Below, piece by piece: positions 41,612 through 55,001 of a stretch of 64,000 bases of DNA. The stretch is from Epiperipatus broadwayi (Eukaryota > Animalia > Onychophora), in assembly GCA_028023455.1 (NCBI GenBank), contig JAQFVV010000006.1, positions 17,174,001 through 17,238,000 of the forward strand, read 5' to 3'. The notes below the pieces were generated by a model. It had not been told where the DNA came from. It did not search any database and saw only the letters and a list, made by a program, of their open reading frames with translations. The position numbers were made by a program, and so were the translations under genes. Numbering within the stretch: the first letter of the stretch is position 1; every line of letters starts with the position of its first letter.

Positions 41612-43329
41612 GTAAGTTTTGCCTATTTGCATAATTCCTTCCTGGCAAGTAATTGCTATTTCAAGGAATGCATTATAGAGAAGAGAGGTATCCTTTTGAT
41701 ATTTTTTTAAATTTATTTACATTTGCCAATGCATCATATTTACTTTACTAAACAATCATTAGTGCATTTGTATTTTTTTTTGTTCAGTGTGTGTGCGCGT
41801 ATGTGTAATTATTATCATATTGACAGGAAAGGGGAAGAACTATATCAAACCGGTTAAAATTATGAAATGCAAATCATTACCTTTGAATCTGCAGGCCGGG
41901 ATTTTAAACAAACATATTTATTGTTAGATGGGATTTTTTTTCTCTCTAAATGTTGACTATAAAGAGAAGCTAAACAAATAGTAGAACTCCATGTTCAATC
42001 AAGTCCGACTTTTTTTTTAATCTTTTTTGATAACTACCATTACTTGTAATTATTTCAAACCTTTGTGATGAGAGAGAGAAATACCAGAATTGTGGGATGC
42101 CAAGATAGTTGCGTGTAATAATAATGTTTCAAAGACCGAGGTTAGTAATCAGTCCAGGGAAGATTAAAAAGGGAAAACGGCAAACTATCAGTCGTCTGGT
42201 TTCCACAATAAGCAGGGTGGATCTGAAATATTCAGTCTAAGGTCTGTAGCAAGTGATAGTTATTCGTTTCTTATTAGTTTTTTAGCTGTAGAAGCATCAA
42301 TTGTTTCTTTAATTATAACTTTTTTGTGTGTGTGTTTAATAATAGCCTGATTTAATTATAAATGGGGTATCATCTTGATTCTATCTGAAAGTAGTAATTT
42401 TTTTCTTTACTCTGATGGATAACAAAGATCTTTAGAATGTTTTAAAATGTACCCCCCCCCCCCATTGAGTTTATAATTTGTCCGAATATATATCACATGA
42501 ATGTAAATATTGTTAAAAAAATTATGGAATGATTTGTAAGTTGGATTATTTATATGATGTTAGAGCACTGAATGAAGTAACAAAAAAAAACCTGAGTTAA
42601 GACCCGATCAGGGCCACGAGTCTGTATTACCACTTTAATCTTTAGCATCTTTTTTTTTTATAAATTCTAGTCGATATTTTGTTTAATAATTTAAATAAAA
42701 CCATTTAGGAACAAAATGGATATTATACGTGTAAGAGATGAAAAAATGTCACCAATTAACATTTATTAGGACACATGGTCTCCAATGCGATTTCGCTCGA
42801 ATTTGTGACATGACTCACTATTATAAAAGATGATTAAAGGAAAAAAGAGACATTAATGCAATGATGTACATAGAAAGATATAAATCCTATGCAGCAGTCA
42901 GAAAATATTAAACTGCTTATAAGATTGTATATATATTGTTACACATAGATTTGTAATTTTCCAGTCTCTTGTATCGGATAAAGATAAGAGTAAATAATGT
43001 AAACAACATATCTTCCTTTGTTTCAAACCTCTTAGTCTTTTCTTGCTCAATCCTATGTAGATGGTACTAAGTACTATTTTGTAAACTTATAGTTCAATAA
43101 AGCCTTTTGAAATAAAATCTCCTTAACCTGAAATTAGTTATGAGTATTTAATATTTCTTTATGTCAACCAGAATTCACGTTAAACCAAAGCATAATGCTC
43201 CACTAAATTCCATTATCCCCATTAAGCATGTTTTTCTTCAGCATAGTTTCGTGTGATCATTGTCATTTTCAATATTAGCTAATCCACTTCTGGGTGATTT
43301 TTAAATCAGCTTCTTTGTATCATAATTTC

Positions 43330-43740
43330 CCCAATAAATGTTCTTAGCCATCCATCTTACACTGGTCTTTTTCTAGATCTATTGCAATATCTTAGAATTT
43401 ATTTTAAGACTCCAAGTTTCATCTCTCATTATCTTTAAAGGCAATATATCCAATCACATTTAAATATTTTTAATTATTTTTCCATAATGCTAGTGGTACC
43501 TATTTATTCTTTCATATATATGTATCTTGTTTCAATCCCTCCTTAGCATTCCCAGTATACATGTGCCCATACTTTGTTGGGTGATCTGAATTTTTTACAT
43601 TTCTTTTCAATGAACTATTTAGGTCTAGGAACCACTTATAAGAACAGGCAGAAACACATTTATTAAAAATCTTTTTTAAACACATTGCCACATTACTTTT
43701 TAACATCAAAATATTTCTTTCAAAATACTCCAATTGTGGA
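43330..43740 (-). mobile_element. RTE-like LINE 3' fragment (old)
   Basis: LKSNVAMCLKKIFNKCV and RKRP.VRWM on the minus strand. Confidence 0.75.
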
Positions 43741-44519
43741 ATAACATGCTAAAAATCTCTAAATCATTTTAGAATAAAGTAATTTTCAATATTATAAAAT
43801 ATATGCAGCACATTTTTTTATAATTACTGTCTAACAACAGGACCTTCTTTACATACAACTTATATGAAATTAGATGATGTCATTGGTTAGTGAAATATAG
43901 ATATAGATGTGTATTTAAAAATATAATACAATATCCAGCATCACAAATAGGATTTGATTAAGAAATAATTAGTATCAAGGAAAACAAAAGTAATGTAAGG
44001 ATAAATTGCAATCAGACTGGAAATTTAACACCTTAATTTGAGAAGTCTCATTCTTTTTATTAAGAATAGTTTAAATAATAGCTATGATATGATAAAAATA
44101 ATTTAATTTTCTTGACTTCATTAAGTTTAATCATTTGCGAAAAAGTCCCTGAAGATGATGCATTTGTTTTTTTTGTTTGTGATTTTTAGGATATTTTGTT
44201 GATTATAATTCTATAGACTGTTATGAATAGGTGGGAACTCTCAATATAGGTTTCCACATTACTTCAAAATGTAAAAAATTAGATCTTGCTTTGTTATCCA
44301 ACTCCAGGCTTAATACTAGTAAAGTTTTCATTGTATTTGTTATTCAGTAGCTCCATATCAGAACTGAATAAAAAAAAACATTTTAAATCAATTTAGCTTT
44401 GGAGTGATTTGCCACATACTGACATCATTAACATCCTTCTGTAAATTAATATGATTATCTATCAGAAGAAAAAGAAAAGATAAAAAGAAAAAAAACAAAA
44501 ACTTAAAAATATTTTACAA

Positions 44520-45900
44520 TCTAGTAATATCATTATTGTCAACTATTATCGATTTCTTGTGATTAAAGATCTTTCCTAAGTTTAATACAGGTTTTTATAC
44601 ATAATCTCTTTTCTGTATCATACTAGCACATTTTTTTTAATCCTTCATTTAACATATAGTCTTTTTCTAGGTCGTTTACAATCTCTTGTAACCCAGTTTA
44701 TGATTTCAATTGCCTATTTCTTGTCATGACTTAACAATATGGCTAATTTAGCTTCATTTTTTCAAATCCTTCCGTAATATTGATAATATCTGTTTGTTCT
44801 TTTAACCACACATTTCAGTTTTTTTTGTTATTTTCAGCATACATCTCTGTATATTTTATGGATTAGCCTTAAATCGCTTTATTGCTGTTTTATTAAGTAT
44901 CCAATTCTTTAGAGCCATCACTAGGAATTGGTAGAATAAATTCTTTAAAAAATTTTCAAATATATTATCATATTTTACTTTAATATTATTATTTCTACTA
45001 AAAGCACTACGACAAACAAATTTAATTTTATGATTAATTTCATTCATTATGATTTCACCTGAATTAGTAATCTGCCAAAGATAATTATAATTGTTAATTT
45101 GTTTAAAACCATGATTATTAGTCTTCATTTTCATTTTAGTTTTTTTTTTAGAAATTATTTATAGTCCTATTTTACTTTCATCAGATAATTAAACTGAGAG
45201 AGTGCAAACCTCTCAAGCGCTTAGCCAATCAGATCGCAAATACTGAGACAGAATTTAACAAGAAAAGAGTGGTTCCACTCCCTTCTTATATCCAAGCCAG
45301 TCCAAAGTACTTAGATCTGAAAGCGTGTGAAGATATTTAAGATTCACGCTTTCAGATCTAAGTATTTTGGACTGGCTTGGATATAAGAAGAGACACTCTT
45401 TTCTTGTTAAATTCTCTGTCTCAGTATTTGCAATCTGATTGGCTAAGCGCTTGAGAGGTTTGCACTCTCTCAGTTTAATTTCAATACCGTCTACCCTTTG
45501 TAAAATAAATATTATTTTCATCAGATAAATGTTGCAATGTTTTCTAAAGTTCTCAAGAATACAATCACATCAACTGCAAATTTGTATGACCTAAATAATC
45601 TCCATTTATTTTTATTCCTCTAGCTTTTTATTTTAATCCACAAAAGATATCTGTAAAATGGTTTGGAGATATGGAATCGACCTATTGTACGCCCTTCTTA
45701 ATGTTAATTGTTATTTTCAATATCATCATGTAACTTATTGTATTTTGATAATGTTTTTCAGAATATCATATTATCATGGGGTTTTATTTTGATGGTTTAA
45801 CGCTTTAATCATTGTGGAAAAGCTTTGAGAATTAAATGCCTTTTCGTAATCCCCAAATCCAAAGCATAATGGCAATTCATATTTGTTAATAGTTTGATAC
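44520..45900 (-). mobile_element. RTE-like LINE RT, interrupted by a palindrome
   Basis: DYEKAFNS, KKGVQ*VDSISP, GIKINGDYL, YLWQIT..EI, RDCKRPRKR; split at 45189-45528. Confidence 0.85.
45187..45480. mobile_element. 294-bp near-perfect palindrome (fold-back MITE-like insertion)
   Basis: Arms ~140 bp with an 11-nt loop. A 13-bp direct repeat tttcatcagataa lies at 45176-45188 and 45516-45528. Confidence 0.9.
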
Positions 45901-46699
45901 GATTGATTGTTTTAAACCATCCAAATATATACACTATATAAACGTCGATATATTATCTGAAAAAAATATACAACTCATTTATTATAATTAAATTTTATTA
46001 ATTACATTTTTAAATAAGACATAATAAATGTAAATCAATGAAAAATACATAAAAAATACGTAATAAAAAATTAAAGAAAAATTAATATTTAATGATGGAA
46101 AACTATTGTTTAAAAAATGTTAACATGATAAACACTTATCATTTACATTCTATAATAAATATTTAATTTTTTTCTTCTGTGCCCTACATTATATTTGTCA
46201 TGCAATATAATTACAGAAGGCTTTTAGCTAGTAATTTTATCATTGTTATATAATAGCATTTATGGAAACAACAACAAAAAAGTGCTTTAGCCTCATTTGT
46301 TTCACTTTTATGTATAACATTTAAATTGTAATTCCCACATTTGAGGAACAAAAATAAAAATTGACTTATTAATGAATTAACAGAAGCAACAGTATTTAAA
46401 TATATAAGGCAGAAAGAAGATCCTGTGACTTTCGTATATGTTTCCAAAAGCTGTCATTTTCTCCTCCGCTCTAACCATCTATTTATAAGCTTGAGTAATA
46501 AATGTACTAATTTTCATTAATGAAGGAAAAAATAAAAACTGGCTTGAAGATGGGAAATTGTGACGGTGGATTTTATAATACTATACTGTCTAATGATCAT
46601 TGATTGGTCAAGATTATAGAGGCTGGCGTTAGAATAAGATGAAGATAACTGTATTTTAGAATCAACGGGGGGAGGGGGAATATGTGTATATATATATAT

Positions 46700-48370
46700 A
46701 ACTATTTAAAATACCGATATCTCAGTTGCATGTTATGGTGGAAATAATTTGCAAAATGTTTACGTGTGAGTACCTATAAGTTTACTTTTGATAATGAAAA
46801 ATAGTTTAATAATGGGTCTAAAGAAGGCAAATAAAAAAAATAATTTTGGATCAGGCATAACTGACTTGAAGATTAGGATACATTTGACAAACCATAGACA
46901 GAAAGTTATGAACGTGACACTTCTTATAATTGCAAAATCCCCAGAGGTAATACCTTCTATAAGTGTGTTTATAATTGGATGTTTTGGTGTATAAATTTGA
47001 TTAATCAATATTCTACAGCTCTGAAGAGATGAACAATTGTTGAAAATGTGTGAAATATGGTATCATCTTCTCTATGGCAGAGTGAGCAAACAGGGTCCAA
47101 AGAGGAAAAACCTCTGTACATCACAAGAAAGTGACTTGTGGGAAGTGCATTGAGATTTAGCTTTAGAAGGAAGTCCAAATATTTTGGCTCTAGATTACAT
47201 TTTTTATATTTCTTTATAATGGTAAAGTTTGTACATGTGAGAATATTAGGATCTGGGATAATTTGTGAAAACAAAAGAAGATAGGCATCCCAATAACGAA
47301 GTTTCATTGGTTTTATTTTAGTTAAAGGTGTGAGAATTTTTGCAATGTCAATTAAGATTTGTGTCAGCCAACCATCATTAATTGGAGGTGGAGTATCTGT
47401 AGGATGAATAGATAGAAAAGGTGAGTCATCAGAAAAAATCCTGTTAAGTCTCGTAATGAGGTTATTTGATTTCTGTAGACAAAGAACCTGAAGTGAGTGC
47501 AGTGACAAGCCATTAAGTCTTGTTGGTCTCTGCACTCTTCTTAAGCTAATAGCAACAGTTTTACTCTTCCACATTAGTCTAGAGCAAAGAGAGTTTATAT
47601 TCTGGATAAATTTTGATGAGAATTTAATGAACGGCATGTAGTAAGCAATTCTGGGGAACAGGAACATGTTGAGAAGGGCTGCTTTTGCAAATAATGATGT
47701 ATAAACTTTTGAAAGTGAATCAATTATTTTTCTTGCAGAATTCATGATGGTGTCTTGTATTAATTTCCTCATTGCTGCATGAGATAGACTCATTGGTAAG
47801 CCTAAAAATTTTTGTGGCATAGCTGTGAAAAGGGATGGAATCGATTTTCCAGATGAAAGCCTCCATACAGCAGATTTTCTACGGTTAAACTCAAGACCTG
47901 ACTCTATGGTGAAATTGTCCATAATTTGAATTAGTTTCGGGATGAACTTTCTAGATGGTAAGAACACTGCCACATCATCCCTGTATGATATGTGCTGAAT
48001 TGATTTATTGATACCAGGAATGTACAATCCAGGAAGATTCATCTCTAATGATTTAAGGAATGAATTTATATATAGAATGAAGAGCAGGGGATTAAGAGGA
48101 GAGCCCTGTGGAATCGACTTGGTAGGTGTGAATGAGTTTGAAATTTTTCCATTTAGTGAAATGGCAAAATGTCTGTTGAATAGAAGGTTAATAATGATGT
48201 TCATTATACCTGTGGGAATGTTCAGACCACTTAGGAGATGTATTAGGTGAGGAATTCTGACAGAGTCGAAAGCAAAAAGATATCAAAGAAAGAGATTTGA
48301 AGTTAGCTCCTCTCATTATAGTAAATTCTACATGACATCTTATTAATATTGGACATTCCACTTTAAAAGA
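46700..48370 (-). mobile_element. L1/Tx1-like LINE ORF2 fragment (RT plus Zn motif)
   Basis: 399-aa ORF 47005-48204 with IPQGSPLNPLLF, YRDD, KFLGLP and CSLCHREDDTIFH; FAFDSV upstream after a frameshift. Confidence 0.9.
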
Positions 48371-49386
48371 ATGAGTTTTTTTTTTCTCTCCTTTTTTTTA
48401 AAAAGTAATTTAATGGTTTATAATTGTATTGACAAATTTAATATTTTAATTATTTTCTTTTATTATAAACATAGTTGAATAAACCTGTTTTTGATAAAAA
48501 AAAAAGAAGACAAATAAGATATAAGTCTAATAATAATAGCAAAAGTATGAAACATGGAATTTTTTAATGAATAATTATTATGAGAGTCTTAGAAAAACCA
48601 GAGTTTGTATTCCAAGGAATTCTATTTACAGGAGTACTGTTAATATTTACAAGCATGCTATTATCATTTTAGTGATACTCATAAAAAACAATTATATATT
48701 TAATTGCTTGGGAAGTCATGTGACATTTGAATGCTCAAGTGATGACAATGTGCTCAGCAGTTTGTTCAGATCATCAAATTGAGGCTCTTTTTTTTTTGTT
48801 TACTTAGCTAAGGATTAGTCTAAAAATCTTTAGCCTTTGAATCTGATATTCTGTCACTGTGCTAAATTACAGGGATTTTTTTAATGCTTATTATGTAATT
48901 ATTGCAACAGATGTATCTTTTCAGTTTGCTTTATTTTCTTTCTGGTTAATCAGAACCTCTCTTTTATATGGATGAGAGTTCTTTCCTTGATGGTTATCAT
49001 CCTGTCTAAATGGAGTATAAAATATATTATAATTCCTTTTAGTTCTTAATTCAAAATCTGAAAGAATGAAAAAAAGATCAAAAAGTAAAAATAAATAATA
49101 GGCCTGTGCCTATAGCTGGTGGACCTTTATTTCAATAGATAGATGAAGCAAGTTATTTTTATTTATTTGTTTTGTGATAGCAGAGTGACACTCTTCTGGT
49201 TAGTTCTTTCACCATCCCAGTGCAGATTAAAGTCTTTACATTTTTCAATAATCCCTGAGCAGAACATTTATTTCCATGAGTTTCTCAGTTTATGTCATCT
49301 TTGTCGTTATATTTAGTATTATTTCCATGATTATTAGTTGTTTTTTTAAAAATACAAATGCAGTATATATACTTAAGCTAGATGTA

Positions 49387-49645
49387 ATTAGAGGGGATTT
49401 GAACCCAGACTTTCAAGCTCTCTTCAGTCATCCATTCCATCTTCTCCAATGATACCACATGATCACATACATGTGAAAAAGATGGGATCTTTAATATATC
49501 TATTTCGTGCTGAAATGATGCTAGTTCAGCATGAAATATGTATATTGGAGATCACTTATCTTTTTCACATATATGTGTGTCAGTTGTATAAGATGGAGTG
49601 CATGACTGAAGAAGCTCGAAAGTCTGGGTTTAAATCCCCTCTAAT
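49387..49645. mobile_element. Fold-back palindrome of the hammerhead repeat, joined inside stem II
   Basis: attagaggggatttgaacccagac ... gtctgggtttaaatcccctctaat. Centre ~49515 reads tatttcgtgctgaa-atgatgctagttcagcatgaaata. Confidence 0.85.
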
Positions 49646-51974
49646 AATTGTAAATTGTAATTGTAGACAAATCTTCTAATACAAGTAAAAAAAGGTCATG
49701 TATTATCAGAACGTTTTTTTTAGTGATATTAGAAAAAATATAATCAATCAAGCAATTTGTAAATAAGCTGCACTAGTTTTTAAATATTATTTGATGTAAT
49801 CAAATAAGTACTTTTTTTTAACGTTTAAAATAATATTTTATATGTAATCATTATTTTTTAATTAAATAATTTAAATTGTATAGGATAGTTCACAAACTTG
49901 CCATGGTGGACTTAAGGTTTCTTAAACTTGATATATTATTGTTAGTATTAAGTAGAGAACTGAATACAAGTGAACTGATAGCATTACTGATTAACATCAC
50001 ATGATCACCATTTAGCAACTCTTCATACAGTAGTGCCACCCAGTGTAAAACTTAGTAATCATTGGGTGTAAGAAACTAGGGCAGATATTGGCTGACTAGG
50101 CACTAGATAAGGATTTTAAGCACAAATCTTCTTACATCCATTGATTATGGACAATTGTCACTTTTTTAGCATCACTGATTGGTAGATTCTTTGTTCTAAA
50201 GCCATGAGAGTACCTGTATACTCTTTTTTGTTTAACTTCAAAAAGAAAAATTGTATATTTTTCATAGTTTATTTATAATTGCAATCAGATTTTATTTGAC
50301 AAATTTGTTTTAAAAAAAGTTAGAAATTTAATGTGAATGGCTGCTAGTGAATGCCACAGAAATGGGTAGTGAAATGATTAAAGTAAGGTAATAAATAATT
50401 AATACAAAAATCATTCTTACAATTAAGTAATCATTTTGAGTGACCATAAGATTATAAGCATAATTTTTAGAAATTAAATAAAAAATTAGTATAATTATAT
50501 GTTAATGTTTAAAATTTTTAGAAAGTATACTTAGAAAAAATTTGGGAATTGCATATAGCATTGTGTCAATTTTTTTAAGATATATAAACAAGCATATACA
50601 TACAATCAGGTTGGTTGGCCTTTTAGATACACAGTTTTGAATAGTTTTATGTCACCAATTTAATAATCATTTATTCTGATTTTTATTTTTTCCAAAAAAA
50701 ATCTGATTTTTCATTAAACATTTACATTTTTTTAAAAATATTGTTAAAATTATAAAAAATAAAAATCTTAAAAATAAATTATTAACTTTGCTAATCAAAA
50801 TTAACAATTTCATTTTAGTCATCATGCTAAAAAAATTTATTTTAATAATTTAAAAAAACCCATTTTCATCTAAATTTTTATCAGTAAGACAAATTGTGTT
50901 AAACAATACATTCAGATAAACAAGTTATTTCTTAAAATATTAAAATTTGTTAATTGCAAAAAAAATAGTAACATTCTTGACAGTGGACATTTTTTATTTA
51001 ATAATGAGCACGTCTTGTTTTTTTAAAATAAATTTTCAGTTGATTAAATTTATTCTAAAAATGTAAATGTACTCAGACAAATATTTAATGTAAGCATCAT
51101 ATACTTAGTGAGGGACAAATATTTAATTTTTAGAAAAATAAAATGAAATAAATAATTAATTTATAATTCACATTTGTTTTCCAATCACACATTGAATAAT
51201 TTCTCACAAATGTGAAATAATTCTTCTGCTTAAATTGAGATTTTAACATTTATTAAAAGATGCTATCATCTAGGAATAAAATCAAAATATTCCAAGTTAT
51301 TACCATCAAATGGATGCAACAATTGCTATGATTTAATAACTGAGTTCAACTATAGTACCAACACACATTCAAGAATTAATGGGCAAGTAGGTTAGCATGT
51401 TGAAAAATTAAAAAAAAAATACATTTAAGGTTTCAATAACCCTTAGAGACCTGAACGGCCATTTTGAATTCCCAAAAAAAATTACAGGACCTACAATTTT
51501 AAATAAAATGTCTAATTTATTACAATAAATAAATATATATATATATACATTTTTATAAAGTGCAAATATGAAAGAATGTTATAAAGCTGATAAAGTAGTC
51601 ATTACCACAAAAAAATTAAAAAAAATGATATTTTTCACATTTTTAAAATCTTTATTTTTACATTGGTTCACAAACTCTCAATTTTGAAAGGTATAAGCCT
51701 AAAATGACAATTTCATAGACAGCTTCATCACATTTGTCATAAAATGCAGAAAAAAATAATATATAACATGACCTACCTGAGTTACAGATTGTTGGTGTAA
51801 TGTGGCAGAATGTGACAATTTCAGTTTCGTTTTTTTACTAACCAGCCTACATGTTCAATTTTTGCAAGCAGTTGTTTTTCTAGGCCCTCTATGCGGGATA
51901 TCTATTAGAAATGCAAGGTTTTAGTGTGGATCAAAAAAAAATAACAGTAATAACTTTAGTAAAGTGTAAGTTAT

Positions 51975-52470
51975 GGGGATAAAAAATAATTACTATATTA
52001 TTGAAAAATCATGGGCTAAATTATGCATTATTACATAGGAAACCATAATAGCAAAGTATGCTATAAAATGAATAAAAAGTTATCTACAATGAAATGAATA
52101 AAAATGTAGTAAATTCTAAGTTATGCATGTAAAAAATAATTACTACATTATTGGAATATCATGAGGGTAAGGGTGAGCTAAATTATGCATTATTACATAG
52201 GAAACCATAATAGCAAAGTATGCTATAAAATGAATAAAAAGTTATCTGCAAAGTATGCTATAAAATGAATAAAAAGTTATCTACAATGAAATGAATAAAA
52301 ACGTAGTAAATTCTAAGTTATGCATGTAAAAAATAATTACTATATTATTGGAATATCATGAGGGTAAGGGTGAGCTAAATTATGCATTATTACATAGCAA
52401 ACCATAATAGCAAAGTATGCTATAAAATGAATAAAAACTTATCTACAATGAAATGAATAAAAACAGTAAA
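51975..52470 (+). repeat. ~150-200-bp tandem repeat, ~3 copies with internal partial duplication
   Basis: gctaaattatgcattattacatag.aaaccataatagcaaagtatgctataaaatgaataaaaa recurs three times. Confidence 0.92.
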
Positions 52471-52555
52471 TAAAATAAAATAAATAACCCAAAGGAATTA
52501 CAAGCAATTATTATATATCAGTGGGAGATGATGATGATGACTGTTGAATACTTAC

Positions 52556-52683
52556 GGGTATAATGGGGAATACGGAACCTCAAAATCAAACACATCAACA
52601 GAAAAGTTCGTCAGAATCAAAATTACGTTCAGCGGTGAAAATAATTGTTTTCTCCGTATATTTTTTTTATCCATTGATAAAAT
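52556..52683 (-). CDS. Candidate coding exon (128 nt), protein not recognised
   Basis: tttttttctttctag|ATTTTATCAATGGAT...TTATACCC|gtaagt. Single open frame ILSMDKKNIRRKQLFSPLNVILILTNFSVDVFDFEVPYSPLYP; CpG-rich. Confidence 0.55.
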
Positions 52684-52749
52684 CTAGAAAGAAAAAAAAA
52701 TTTACAAAATTTTAATAATGTACTTTACAAAAATTGCTATAAAAAATCT

Positions 52750-52920
52750 AATTTTCATCGCACAGAAAAAATTTTTAGATGTACAAAAAGATAGAAAAAT
52801 GGCGGAGAGAAAGAAAAAAAAAGCGTAACTGTGACGTATACGGTTTGCATGCTATTGCGGTCGAAATTGGAAACATTTTTCATGCAGTGATGCGCGTTTT
52901 TCGGTCCCAAAGGGATAAAA
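52750..52920. promoter_or_regulatory. CpG-retaining promoter-like region
   Basis: YY1-type AAAATGGCGG (52796-52805), CRE-like TGACGTA (52832-38), about ten CpGs, and a pyrimidine tract abutting CGCCATTTT on the minus strand. Confidence 0.5.
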
Positions 52921-54671
52921 TGAAAGTAGAATTTTTTTTCTTTTACTGTATAGGGTTTACTCTTTATTTCTTTATAAAAACCCAATAATTATAAAAATCA
53001 AATATTTTTAAAAAAAAATGTCAAAAATTTAATTAAATTATCTTCAAAATAAATAAAAACATATTTTTCATTGAGAGTTCAACAAAAAATTCTCATCACA
53101 TTGTAAGAAGAGTTAGAGATTTCATTATTATGTCTGCCACTTAGGATCAAAACCAAATTATATATTCATTACTGTTAAGAATAAACTGTCACAAAACTAT
53201 AATAAATGGTACATACAAAGTAACATTATTCTAGGATCAGATAATTGTAAACTAAATATAACAGCAATATCATTTTGGTTTTGAACCAAAAAGATTCTCA
53301 AGAGGGTTTTTGGTGATTAAGTGACATTTCTATAACCTAGTATTTAGATTTAGGCTAAACTAGTTTTTTTTTTTAAAATGTAATTAGACTTACACCATTT
53401 TTTGTATAGCTGACTCATGGTCAATCCAGATAGCCACTTCAGTTACTGGCAGAAATGATTAACTAGTGATTTTTCGTTAAAGGTAAAATAATGGAATGAA
53501 AAAATGATAAAACCCTACCATTTAGCACTTGTTTAACTTACTGAACAATTCTTATTTTTCATTGTTGCTCTTTGGAAATGTTTTAAGAAAGGCATCTGCT
53601 GTGTATAGGATTGTTTAAAGGACCATCTATACCTTTTAAATTTCTTAACTAGTTTGGTCACTGTCTGCATATTTATGAATGTAATTAGAGGGATTTGATC
53701 TCATCAAAATAAATTTCTACAAAAGAAGTAAAAACACATTATGATACTAAAAAAAACAGGTAATTGTTAGTTTTTAAAAAAACCTCATTTTGTGCCATCA
53801 AAGCCTCCCCACCCCCTACAAAGTACAGCATTCTTCCATTGCAATAATGCCCAGAAATTCCTAAATTTTACTTGGAATAAAAACTACCACATATATTAAC
53901 TCTGGTATGCAATTACAAAATAGACACAAAAAAAGATGACACTTTCATTTGGATTCTGGATAACATTAAAAAAAATAAGTTGATTCTGTTTTAATAAAAG
54001 TTTATAAATCCCCCCCCCCCCCCGTGCATAAAAAGTGAAGAACTACAATCTACTGACTGTACAAAGAAAATGGCACTTTTGTTTGCATTCTGGTCTATAT
54101 TAAAAAATTCAGTCCACCTCATTGATTCCATTTCAATAAAGTTGAACTTTTTTTTTTTTATCAAAATAAATGTATTTAGACATTTCTCAATCAAGATCCC
54201 GTACAACCATTATATCATATAAATACATGCTTTAACTCTCCATTTTGTAAAAATCTGATGTAGATGTAAGTTGTTTTTTTGATCTATCCACTTTTTACTT
54301 TTCTGTCATAATTAATAGATGTATTTTTTTCCTTTGCATTATTGTCCATTTTGTAGTCAATATACTTATTTAAATGATAGAATAGATGTGGTATATTTTT
54401 CTCTTTATTTTGCTTATGTACTAATTTTGCTTTAGTGCCTATTTTGTAATTTCATGCCTGAGTTAATACATGTACTAATTATTTAATTTTAATTAATATT
54501 TGGGAATTGATGGGCATTTGTGCAATTGGCAGAATGTTATACCTTGTGCGGGGGTGGCGGTGGACTTGGCGGCATAAAGTGCCATTTTTATTTAGTATCA
54601 TAATGTGTTATTTTGATTATTTTTGGGTACAAATTTATATTTTTTGTATTTTTATAAATGCAATTTTTCAG

Positions 54672-54833
54672 ATTTAGTCTGATGCAATTAGTGTTATGTA
54701 TTACAACTGCGACTCTGTTTCGCATATTGCCGATAACTTTCTTAAATCTGGTCTGTTTTGACAAATTTATCATATATGTTTGTCAGAAGTTCTGGGGTAC
54801 ACATTATTTGATGACATTGCAAGATTACCTTCT
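54672..54833 (+). CDS. Candidate 162-nt exon or pseudo-exon
   Basis: aatttttcag|...CCTTCT|gtaagc. One frame is fully open; another reads SDAISVMYYNCDSVSHIADNFLKSGLF*QIYHICLSEVLGYTLFDDIARLPS with stops. Confidence 0.35.
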
Positions 54834-55001
54834 GTAAGCTTTTTTTTTTTTTAAATTACAGAATTTTTTAATGTAATTTTTTTATGTGAATTTTTTTGCT
54901 TCTGTATTATTGTATTATTACAATATTTATTTTGTATTTATATTTCCTGAAATTTTTAATTTTAATAAATACAATACAAAGATTTTGTGATATACATATA
55001 C

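Noticed and set aside
54545-54585. GC-rich patch as an HDV-like ribozyme
   Set aside because: The nested double pseudoknot could not be built on either strand.
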